A stretch of 64,000 nucleotides of DNA, from the NCBI RefSeq assembly GCF_963921235.1, contig NC_086098.1:7750001-7814000 (forward strand), written 5' to 3'. Under the pieces are notes generated by a model, which was given only the letters and a program-made list of their open reading frames with translations, was not told where the DNA came from and did not search any database. The stretch's first letter is position 1, and every line of letters starts with the position of its first letter. The stretch is from Mobula hypostoma. Its lineage: Eukaryota. Positions 11,895 to 22,110 of this stretch are shown here, one piece after another. Made by a program: the position numbers and the translations under genes.

Positions 11895-12085
11895 ACACAG
11901 GTTGAATTCCTGCTGCTGTTTGTACGTTGTCCCTGTGACTGTATGGGTTTCCTCCAGGTGCGCCAGTGTCACCCTACGTTTCAACAGTATTTGGGTTAGC
12001 ACGTTAACTGGTCAAATGGGTATAATAGGGTGGTACAGACTTGTTGGGCTGGAGGGTCCTGTTACTCTGCTGCATCTCTGAATAA
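11895..12085 (+). mobile_element. V-domain tRNA-derived SINE (HE1/V-SINE-like), degenerate
   Basis: B-box-like GGTTGAATTCC followed by V-domain-like GTGACTGTATGGGTTTCCTCCAGGTG. Confidence 0.6.
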
Positions 12086-12139
12086 ATTCAAAAAAATTAT
12101 TCCTTATTTATTGATCTCAGTTACCCAGTATACGTGCTT

Positions 12140-12615
12140 CCATGTCTGGGGCTTTATGCTAGACACTAGCCACAAACCTGATGGCATGAATATCAATTAT
12201 ATCAATTTCTCCTTCCAGTAAAAAAGCTTTTCCCTCCCCCTCCCTCTTCTTCTATCCCCCCTCCCCCATGGCCTTTTACCTCTTCTCACCTGCCTATCCC
12301 CTCTCCCTGTGTCCCCTCCTCTTTCCCTTTCTCCTATGGTCCACTCTCCTTTCCAATCAGATTCCTTTGTCTCTTGCCCTTTACCTTTCCCACCTACCTG
12401 GTTTCACCGATCACCTTCTAGCTACCCTCCTTCCCCTCCCACCGCCTTTTCATTGTGGCAACTAACCCTTTCCTTTCCAGCCCTGAAGAAGGGTCTTGGC
12501 CCAAAACAGTGTCTCTTTACTCATTTCCATAGATGATGCCAGACCTGCTGAGTTCTTCCAACATTTTGTTTGTTGCTTTGGATTTCCAGCATCTGCAGAA
12601 TTTCTTGTGTTTATA
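12140..12615 (+). mobile_element. Old Penelope-like 3' end (ORF end, pyrimidine tract, pLTR)
   Basis: CCTGATGGCATGAATATCAAT marks the ORF end. A CT-rich tract follows, then the degenerate hammerhead CTGAAGAAGGGTCTTGGCCCAAAAC at about 12483. Confidence 0.75.
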
Positions 12616-13371
12616 GCGTTATGAAGAATTGTATATTAATCACAAAAGCAAACAGCAAAATCAACACCTACTCAGTTCAGTAGATTTAAGACGTAAGAGA
12701 TGAAAAATGTGATCTTAATCTGAAAAACAAAAAAATAACCTTCCAAAGGAAATTCGTAACTGCAAGGTAAAAATTGCCACGTTTATATCTTTTTTAATTC
12801 CAGCTCTTAAAATGTAGACTTTATGAATGTAAAGTTTTCCTGCGATATTTTCTGTGGGCAAAAGCCACAGGTACCTATCCTGGATAGAGAACTCTACAAA
12901 TTAAATGATTGGCTAAGTTACTTCTTAAAATCCCCACTGCAAAGTCATGTCTTCATGATCTCTTTGATCTGTTGAAGGACATGGTGTATTACACCACACA
13001 TCAGTCAATAATCTGTAAAGTAGTTGTTTAGTGTGAGAAGTGTGGTGTGTCGAAGGTCTCCAGGGTGCAGGCACCAAGATTTACTGCCTGACAGAAACTG
13101 ATAGCACAGGTTACCCTACTGAGCAAGGACACAGGGACAAATTGAAAGTTCTGAAAGAGTCAATGGCCCACCTCTAATCAGTGATCTGTGGAGATTTTGA
13201 ATTCTCTGACATTCCCTGTTTGAAGAGTGAAAAAGCGAAGAGCTTTTCTTTTCTGTCAAATCTTTCTGAAAAGGAGGAAAGAGATTGTCAATGCAAGAAA
13301 CGATGTGCATGTGACAAATAAACTGGAGTAACAGAATACAAATCAGGTTTCATATCAGTGGCCGATGCCGT

Positions 13372-13565
13372 GGCACACAAAACACTGGAGGAACTCGGCA
13401 GGTCAGGCAGCATCTACGGAAAGGACTAAACATTTTGTACTGAAACATTCTTCCGGACTAGATCCTGTCCTAATGACTGTCCCAGTCCCATTCCTATCCA
13501 TAGTTGCTCCCTATCCTGCAGCATTTTGCGTGTGTTACTCCAGATTACTAACATCTGCTGAATCC
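13372..13565. mobile_element. Penelope pLTR-derived short element with inverted structure
   Basis: CACACAAAACACTGGAGGAACTCGGCAGG at the left end and the inverted CAGCATTTTGCGTGTG at the right end. Confidence 0.6.
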
Positions 13566-14344
13566 ATTTACAAATAAACTTGAATCTTCAGTCTGAATCT
13601 AGAGGACTACAAAAGGCTTTGAATTTGTAAGATAAGATTAGATTGTACAGCAAAACATTGAAACATACAGTGAAGTGTATTATTTACACTAACAACCAGC
13701 ACTGTCCAATGGTGTGCTGGGGGATGCCCGCAAGTGTCGTCATACTTCCGGTGCCAATATAGCATGCTATTTATGTAAGTATATGTGAAACGAGTAAATA
13801 TTCAGCAGTTATAATTTATATCATACCTTGAACATGTCATAGAGCAAGTTCAGAAATTTAGAATAGGCTTTTCTTTAACATATTAGTAGGGTCTTCAGAC
13901 AAGATCTTGCACCTTATGTGGTAATATTTTTCTCCAGTGACATAATTATGTTGTATCATTTAGTGACACAAAAGATAATTATTGGGCTGGGTTGATTAGA
14001 TTCAAATCAATTTGAGTGTCCAGGAGATGTGGTAATAAGCGTACAAGCACAACAAAGTAACCCAAGATTAATTTATTATCATAAAACAGAAAACACAAAT
14101 AAACCACACTAAATGCCATGGAGTAACTTACAAAATTTCCACAGGAATTCAGGGCTCACGATTCTCAGCCTCCACTTAATTGTTGCCATTGTCAGGATTC
14201 TGACTCATGAAATCACTCTTGTTTCATCCTAGGCAGCTATTGATCGTGATCCTTGGTTGAGGTGAAGTCCCAAGAACCTTGTAAAAGGTGCCTCAGTAAA
14301 TAGGGGTCCAATCCTCAAGCACTGAGAGACAACGCAGAGACAGA

Positions 14345-15730
14345 TAAATTCAGCAAAATGGATCTTCTAGCCATTAAAGTAAAAAATGCAATCATCCGAC
14401 GAGCTGAAGAGGTTAAGTGATTTGATTCTATCATTGGTAACCCAAAAATAGCAGTAATTGGGTGAGGTTGTACGCCTATATTCAAAACTGTTGAAATAAT
14501 ATCAAAAATATCTTTCCAATATTTTTTCAACAAAGGACATGACCAAAACATGTGAGTTAAAGAAGCTATCTCGGAATGACATCAATCACATATAGGATTA
14601 ATATAAGAGTAATAATGAGATAATTTATCTTTGGACATAGGAGCCCTGTGCACTACTTTAGAACATAGAACATAGAATAGTACAGCACAGTACAGGCCCT
14701 TCGCCCCACAATGTTGTGCTGACCCTCAAACCCTGTCTCCCATATAAGCCCCCACCTTAGATTCCTCCATATACCTGTCTAGTAGTCTCTTAAACTTCAC
14801 TAGTGTATCTGCCTCCACCACTGACTCAGGCAGTGCATTCCACGCACCAACCACTCTCTGAGTAAAAAACCTTCCTCTAATATCCCCCTTGAACTTCCCA
14901 CCCCTTACCTTAAAGCCATGCCCTCTTGTATTGAGCAGTGGTGCCCTGGGGAAGAGGCGCTGGCTATCCACTCTATCTATTCCTCTTATTATCTTGTACA
15001 CCTCTGTCATGTCTCCTCTCATCCTCCTTCTCTCCAAAGAGTAAAGCCCTAGCTTTAAACTGTATCAACACATGTTTAGCACATATAGAGGATGAGTTAA
15101 CTAATTGAATTTTTTCCCATTTTTCAATCGGTACAGTAATCTTGAGTTCTCTTTCCCAATCAGTTTTAACTTTATTAGATATATCAGGACATAAATTCAT
15201 AATTATATTATAAATAATTGCTACTACACTTTTCTGAGAAAGATTTAAATCTAAAATTTTTTCCAAAATATCCATTGGATTTAAATGTGGAAAATTAGGA
15301 GAAACAGTAATTAAAATGTTTCTAACCTGTAAATATCTAAAGAAGTGAGATCTAGGTAAATTATATTTATTAGATAACTGTTCACGGGACATAAAACAAT
15401 TATCCAAAAATAAATCACAAAATCGTACTATACCTTTGATTTTCCAATCTAAATGAGCTTGATCCATAGTGGAAGGTTGAAAAAAGAAATTAGATATAAT
15501 AGGACTTGCGAAAATAAATTGGTTCAACCCGAAAAATTTTTGAAATTGAAACCATATACATAAAGTATGTTTAACTATTGGGTTATTCATTTGTTTATAC
15601 AATTTAGAAAGAATGAAAGGAAGCAAAGTCCCTAAAACAGAACCCAGTGAAAACCCTTGTAATGAATTACATTCAAGATTTACCCAACGTGGACTTGAAA
15701 TTGCATCCAAGTCCTGTAACCAAAATTTAA
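14345..15730 (-). mobile_element. L1/Tx1-clade LINE ORF2 C-terminal fragment, split by a CR1 at 14661-15052
   Basis: HFFRYLQVR, IQFK|VVHR across the insertion, a CCHC-type HMFWSCP and ARRSILLNW-like motifs. AT-rich composition. Confidence 0.85.
14661..15052 (-). mobile_element. CR1 3' fragment with a 7-mer tail
   Basis: Encodes LERRRMRGDMTEVYKI...FFTQRVVGAWNALP. (TTCTATG)n tail. CTTTA is duplicated at 14656-14660 and 15053-15057. Confidence 0.9.
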
Positions 15731-15847
15731 TTCTTTGGTGTTTTGCTTTCATGCCACTAGTGCTTGATGCTAAGAAAGAATTCAGGGGCTATTAGCAAAC
15801 TTTCAGTGTAAGAATACAACTACTATCAACAAACATTTAATAAGCCT

Positions 15848-16723
15848 CATACATCAAAGTTGCTGGTGAACGCAGCAGGCCAAGCAGCATCTATAGGAGG
15901 AGGTGCAGTCGACGTTTCAGGCTGAGACCCTTCGTCAGGACTAACTGAAGGAAGAGTGAGTAAGGGATTTGAAAGCTGGAGGGGGAGGGGGAGGGGGAGG
16001 GGGAGATCCAAAATGATAGGAGAAGACAGGAGGGGGAGGGATAGAGCCAAGAGCTGGACAGGTGATAGGCAAAAGGGATACGAGAGGATCATGGGACAGG
16101 AGGTCCGGGAAGAAAGACAAGGGGTGGGGGGTGACCCAGAGGATGGGCAAGAGGTATATTCAGAGGGACAGAGGGAGAAAAAGGAGAGTGAGAGAAAGAA
16201 TGTGTGCATAAAAATGAGTAACAGCTGGGGTACGAGGGGGAGGTGGGGCCTTAGCGGAAGTTAGAGAAGTCGATGTTCATGCCATCAGGTTGGAGGCTAC
16301 CCAGACGGAATATAAGGTGTTGTTCCTCCAACCTGAGTGTGGCTTCATCTTTACAGTAGAGGAGGCCGTGGATAGACATGTCAGAATGGGAATGGGATGT
16401 GGAATTAAAATGTGTGGCCACTGGGAGATCCTGCTTTCTCTGGCGGACAGAGCGTAGATGTTCAGCAAAGCGGTCTCCCAGTCTGCGTCGGGTCTCACCA
16501 ATATATAAAAGGCCACATTGGGAACACCGGACGCAGTATATCACCCCAGTCGACTCACAGGTGAAGTGATGCCTCACCTGGAAGGACTGTTTGGGGCCCT
16601 GAATGGTGGTAAGGGAGGAAGTGTAAGGGCATGTGTAGCACTTGTTCCGCTTACACGGATAAGTGCCAGGAGGGATATCAGTGGGGAGGGATGGGGGGGG
16701 GACGAATGGACAAGGGAGTTGTA
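15848..16723 (-). mobile_element. Penelope-like element, 5'-truncated, with GIY-YIG endonuclease
   Basis: Encodes CKRNKCYTC, GVIYCVRCSQCGLLYIGETRRRLGDRFAEH and EEQHLIFRLGSLQPDGMN. 13-bp TSD ATTTAATAAGCCT at 15835-15847 and 16724-16736. Confidence 0.92.
15907..15942 (-). ncRNA. Minimal type I hammerhead ribozyme motif in the Penelope pLTR
   Basis: Minus strand reads AGTC-CTGACGA-AGGGTCTCAGCCT-GAA-ACGT-C-GACT: intact CUGANGA and GAAA core, stem I AGTC/GACT, palindromic ACGT stem III and a GUC cleavage triplet. Confidence 0.8.
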
Positions 16724-16806
16724 ATTTAATAAGCCTACTGTGTTTAATTTGTACAGACACCTTACATGCTGTGAGCTCACAAAGAACTAAAGTGTCACTT
16801 GGAGTT

Positions 16807-16923
16807 ACACACATAAAAAATGCTGGTGAACGCAGCAGGCCAGGCAGCATCTATAGGAAGAGGTACAGTCGACGTTTCGTCTGAGACCCTCAAATTCCAG
16901 CATCTGCAGATTTTCTCGTGTTT
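16807..16923. mobile_element. 117-bp pLTR-derived insertion with an internal inversion
   Basis: 15-bp TSD GTGTCACTTGGAGTT at 16792-16806 and 16924-16938. The left part is antisense pLTR with half a hammerhead, and the right part is the sense pLTR 3' end. Confidence 0.85.
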
Positions 16924-17214
16924 GTGTCACTTGGAGTTGTTCAGACTTTCATCTAATATTGTTACCAAATTTAATACATCACAACACCACTATAGTACTT
17001 CATTTTTGTTGCGTATGGCATCTAGATATTTTCCCCTCTGTTTTGAAAGACGGTTTCGCTGATGTTGGATAAGATTTTGAAGTAAATATTAATGCAGATT
17101 TATACTGATATGCTAATTTGAGCTTGTCACACATGACATATTGTGTCATATTATCGAATTTCTTCAAATAAGCCTTTGGCTTCCAGATCGAAAGTGTTGC
17201 ATTATCACTCTAAC

Positions 17215-17800
17215 TTATATGTGGCTGCATCACAGCCTGGGATGGAAAATGCCATTGAACGGAAAATCCTACAAAGGGTAGTGGGTTCAGCCCAGTATCT
17301 CAGGGGTAAAGCCCTCCCCACCATTGAGCGTATCTACATGAAAAACGGTCAGATGAAAACAGCATCCATCATCAGAGATCCCCACCACCCAGGTCATGCT
17401 CTCTTCTCGCTGTTACCATCAGGTAGAAGGTACAAGAGCCTCATGACTTGCAATACCAGATTCAAGAACAATTACTACCCCTGATCCATCAGGCTCCTGA
17501 ACAAAAGTGGATAACTACGCTTAACTTCACTTGCCCCATCATTGAAATGTTCCCACAACCAATGAGCTCACTTTAAGGACTCTTTATCACATTATCTCAT
17601 GCTCTCGTCATTATTGCTATTTATTTATATTTGCATTTGTGCAGTTTGTTGTCTTCTGCACTCTGGTTGATCTTTCATTGATCAAGTTATAGTTTTATTT
17701 CTATAGATTTGCTGAGTTTGTCCACAGGAAATGAATCTCAGGGTTGTATGTGGTGACATATATGTACTTTGATAATAAAATTTACTTTTAACTTTGAACT
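17215..17800 (+). mobile_element. Rex1/Babar LINE 3' fragment
   Basis: ORF 17143-17484 has ERKILQRVV...SIIRDPHHPGHALFSLLPSGRRYKS...RFKNNYYP. Same tail as the copy at 10140. Confidence 0.85.
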
Positions 17801-17839
17801 TTGGATACAGCCTATTTGTCAAGATTCAAAATATTTATT

Positions 17840-18140
17840 TATTTGGATACAGTGTGGAGTAGGCCATTCTACCCTTCGAGCCAGGCTGGCCACCAACCTC
17901 CAATTTAGCCCTAGCCTAATCATGGGCCAATTTACTGTGCCCAATTAACCTACCAACTGGACTGTGGGAGGAAACCAGAGCATCTGAAAGAAACCTGTGT
18001 GGTATTGAAGTACCTGGAGGAAACCCACGCAATCACAGGGAGAACATTCATTCCCCTCACAGACAGTGGTGGGTATTTCACGTAATTTGAAACACGCAGT
18101 GAAATGCACTGTTTGAGTTTATAACCCACACAACCAGGGA
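17840..18140 (-). mobile_element. V-domain SINE
   Basis: Antisense V-domain GACTGTGGGAGGAAACC...GGAGGAAACCCACGCAATCACAGGGAGAACA, partly duplicated. Confidence 0.6.
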
Positions 18141-18359
18141 CTGTGCTGGGGCAGCCTACGATGTTGTCACACATTCAGGTGCCAAATACTCAATACTACC
18201 ATAAATTAGGTAGAATTGCACCATACCTTGGAAGCCTGGGGTTAATTATAATCAGATTTTCCTCTGATGCTTTATGGTGTACAACCAGTGAACCCTTGAG
18301 GAAATTTATAAGTATTAAAAATACTAAATTTTAGATTATTTAAACATGTATTTATTTGG

Positions 18360-18895
18360 AATATTGTGAGCAGATATGGGCACCTTATCTAAGAAAAGCT
18401 GCGTTGGCATTGGAGAGTGTCTAGAATGATCTGGGAATGAAAGGGTTAATGTCTGAGGCGCATTTGATGGCTCTGGGCCTGTATTCTCTGAGTTTAGAAG
18501 AATGGGGCCGTGGGGGGCGGGGGAGGAGGAATCTCATTGTAACCTATCTCATATTGAAAGGTCTGGATAAAGTGGATGTGGAGAGGAGACAGAGAGGGAG
18601 TTTAGTACCTGAGGGCACAGCCTCAGAACAGAAGGTCCATTTAGAACAGAAATGAGGAGCAATTTCTTTAGCCAGAGGGTGGTGAATCCATGGAAGTCAT
18701 TGCCACAGGCAGCTGTGCAGGCCGAGTCATTGGGTATACTTAAAGCAGAGGATGATAGGTTCTTGATTAATCAGGGTGTAAGAGGGGAGAAGGCAGGAGA
18801 ATAAGGCTGAAAGAGATAATAAATAATCCATGATGGAATAGCAGAAGAAATTTGATGAGCCGAAAGGAACAATTCTTCTGCTATGTCTTATAGTC
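18360..18895 (+). mobile_element. Old CR1 3' fragment
   Basis: Remnants of ALGLYSL, YLILKGLDKVDVER and FFSQRVVN. Confidence 0.8.
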
Positions 18896-20082
18896 ATATC
18901 AACATAAACGAGGTTCTAAACGAATCGCCTGGAGCGTCGATTTTCTGATGAAATTAGAGAAATATAGAGAACTGAAAATTAATAATTTAAATACTTCTAC
19001 CACAGCAGACAAAACTAATTTTAAAAGGTTTATAAAATTATGAAATCTTTTTGATAGGTTGGAATAGATTAGTTGGCAGGGCAGTGGCAAGGAGCCATTA
19101 CTTAATTTTATATTACCAAAAGGAGCAGGGGCATTGGAAGATCTTTTTCACAGAAGCATTTTGAAGGGAAAATGTAATGGGTTTAGAATGGGATATGGGA
19201 GTGGAGGGAAGGTACGGACTACAGTGTTACAGTGAGGTTTAGGCAATGTTGACACATAAATCAATTACACAGTACAAGCCCTTCGACCCGTAATGTTGTG
19301 TCAACCTTTTAAGGATCAAGCATTTATTTTATTTGCTGTATACTGTTACAAGTATTAGGAATTTACTGTGGTGGGATAGTGTAATATGCTACATGGTATT
19401 GCGTTTGTTGTATGAAGTGAGTTTAAATAAATAAAGCCTGTACTTTATTCTGACCTCTCTTGAAGTCGGGAGAATGAGAGGTGATCTTGCAAAACAATAT
19501 AAAATTCTTGACAAGGTAGATAGCGTCCAGTAAAAGTCTATAAAATACTTAACAGGGTAGATGGTGTCCAGTTAATGGGGCTATGTTATAGACTACCCAA
19601 CAGTCCGTGGGATTTAGAAGAACAAATTTGCAGAGAGATTGCAGACTGTTGCAAGAAATAAGGTTGTTGTAACAGGTGATTTTAACTTTCCACCGATTGA
19701 CCGGGACTTCCATACTGTAAAAGGACTAGTTCGGATAGAGTTTGTCAAATACGTTCAGGAAAGTTTCCTTAATAGAAACATAGAAACATAGAAAACCTAC
19801 AGCGCAATACAGGCCCTTCGGCCCACAAAGCTGTGCCGAACATGTCCCTACCTTAAAACTACCTAGGCTTTACCTACAGCCCTCTATTTTTCTAAGCTCC
19901 ATGTAGCCATCCAGGAGTCTCTTAAAAGACCCTATCGTTTTCGCCTCCACCACCGCCGCCGGCAGCCCATTCCATGCACTCACCACTCTCTGCATAAAAA
20001 ACTTACCCCTGACATCTCCTCTGTACCTACTTCCAAGCAACTTAAAACTATGCCCTCTCGTACTAGCCAAGTCAGCCCTGGG

Positions 20083-22110
20083 GACAAGAGAAATTAGGGA
20101 TAGTATCAATTCCAAAGAAGTAGCATACAAATTAGCCAGAGAAAGTGGCTCACCTGAGGACTGGGAGAAATTCAGAGTTCAGCAGAGGAGGACAAAGGGC
20201 TTAATAGGAAGGGGAAAAAAGATAATGAGAGAAAACTGGCAGAGAACATAAAAACGGACTGTAAAAGCTTTTATAGATATGTAAAAAGGAAAAGACTGAT
20301 AAAGACAAATGTAGGTCCCCTGCAGACAGAAACAGGTGAATTGATTATGGGGAGCAAGGACATGGCAGACCAATTGAATAATTACTTTGGTTCTGTCTTC
20401 ACTAAGGAGGACATAAATAATCTTCCAGAAATAGTAAGGGACAGAGGGTCCAGTGAGATGGAGGAACTGAGTGAAATACATGTTAGTAGGGAAGTGGTGT
20501 TAGGTAAATTGAAGGGATTGAAGGTAGATAAATCCCCAGGGCCAGATGGTCTGCATCCCAGAGTGCTTAAGGAAGTAGCCCAAGAAATAGTGGATGCATT
20601 AGTGATAATTTTTCAAAACTCATTAGATTCTGGACTAGTTCCTGAGGATTGGAGGGTGGCTAATGTAACCCCACTTTTTAAAAAAGGAGGGAGAGAGAAA
20701 CCGGGGAATTATAGGCCGGTTAGCCTAACGTCGGTGGTGGGGAAACTGCTGGAGTCAGTTATCAAGGATGTGATAACAGCACATTTGGAAAGCGGTGAAA
20801 TGATCGGACAAAGTCAGCATGGATTTGTGGAAGGAAAATCATGTCTGACGAATCTCATAGAATTTTTTGAGGATGTAACTAGTAGAGTGGATAGGGGAGA
20901 ACCAGTGGATGTGGTATATTTGGATTTTCAAAAGGCTTTTGACAAGGTCCCACACAGGAGATTAGTGTGCAAACTTAAAGCACACGGTATTGGGGGTAAG
21001 GTATTGGTGTGGGTGGAGAATTGGTTAGCAGACAGGAAGCAAAGAGTGGGAATAAACGGGACCTTTTCAGAATGGCAGGCGGTGACTAGTGGGGTACCGC
21101 AAGGCTCAGTGCTGGGACCCCAGTTGTTTACAATATATATTAATGACTTGGATGAGGGAATTAAATGCAGCATCTCCAAGTTTGCGGATGACACGAAGCT
21201 GGGTGGCAGTGTTAGCAGTGAGGAGGATGCTAAGAGGATGCAGGGTGACTTGGATAGGTTGGGTGAGTGGGCAAATTCATGGCAGATGCAATTTAATGTG
21301 GATAAATGTGAAGTTATCCACTTTGGTGGCAAAAATAGGAAAACAGATTATTATCTGAATGGTGGCCGATTAGGAAAAGGGGAGGTGCAACGAGACCTGG
21401 GTGTCATTATACACCAGTCATTGAAAGTGGGCATGCAGGTACAGCAGGCGGTGAAAATGGCGAATGGTATGCTGGCACTCATAGCAAGAGATTTCGAGTA
21501 CAGGAGCAGGGAGGTACTACTGCAGTTGTACAAGGCCTTGGTGAGACCACACCTGGAGTATTGTGTGCAGTTTTGGTCCCCTAATCTGAGGAAAGACATC
21601 TTTGCCATAGAGGGAGTACAAAGAAGGTTCACCAGATTGATTCCTGGGATGGCAGGTCTTTCATATGAAGAAAGACTGGATGAACTGGGCTTGTACTCGT
21701 TGGAATTTAGAAGATTGAGGGGGGATCTGATTGAAACGTATAAGATCCTAAAGGGATTGGACAAGCTAGATGCGGGAAGATTGTTCCCGATGTTGGGGAG
21801 GTCCAGAACGAGGGGTCACAGTTTGAGGATAGAGGGGAAGCCTTTTAGGACCGAGATTAGGAAAAACTTCTTCACACAGAGAGTGGTGAATCTGTGGAAT
21901 TCTCTGCCACAGCAAACTGTTGAGGCCAGTTCATTGGCTATGTTTAAGAGGGAGTTAGATATGGCCCTTGTGGCTACAGGGGTCAGGGGGTATGGAGGGA
22001 AGGCTGGGTTCTGAGTTGGATGATCAGTCATGATCATAATAAATGGCGGTGCAGGCTCGTAGGGCCGAATGGCCTACTCCTGCACCTATTTTCTATGTTT
22101 CTATGTTTCT
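20083..22110 (+). mobile_element. Young CR1, 5'-truncated
   Basis: Near-identical to 4977-7019, with the same tail. Confidence 0.95.
20341..22014 (+). CDS. CR1 ORF2 reverse transcriptase region (557 aa, uninterrupted but N-terminally truncated)
   Basis: All RT motifs are intact, including FADD. The endonuclease domain is missing. Confidence 0.9.
   Translation: MIMGSKDMADQLNNYFGSVFTKEDINNLPEIVRDRGSSEMEELSEIHVSREVVLGKLKGLKVDKSPGPDGLHPRVLKEVAQEIVDALVIIFQNSLDSGLVPEDWRVANVTPLFKKGGREKPGNYRPVSLTSVVGKLLESVIKDVITAHLESGEMIGQSQHGFVEGKSCLTNLIEFFEDVTSRVDRGEPVDVVYLDFQKAFDKVPHRRLVCKLKAHGIGGKVLVWVENWLADRKQRVGINGTFSEWQAVTSGVPQGSVLGPQLFTIYINDLDEGIKCSISKFADDTKLGGSVSSEEDAKRMQGDLDRLGEWANSWQMQFNVDKCEVIHFGGKNRKTDYYLNGGRLGKGEVQRDLGVIIHQSLKVGMQVQQAVKMANGMLALIARDFEYRSREVLLQLYKALVRPHLEYCVQFWSPNLRKDIFAIEGVQRRFTRLIPGMAGLSYEERLDELGLYSLEFRRLRGDLIETYKILKGLDKLDAGRLFPMLGRSRTRGHSLRIEGKPFRTEIRKNFFTQRVVNLWNSLPQQTVEASSLAMFKRELDMALVATGVRGYGGKAGF

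Noticed and set aside
13090..13310. Possible host-gene exon
   Set aside because: The plus-strand frames I examined contain stops, there is no recognisable protein, and there is no convincing splice-site pair.
14973..15752. 259-aa ORF as a host gene
   Set aside because: It is an L1/Tx1 ORF2 fragment running into an inserted CR1.
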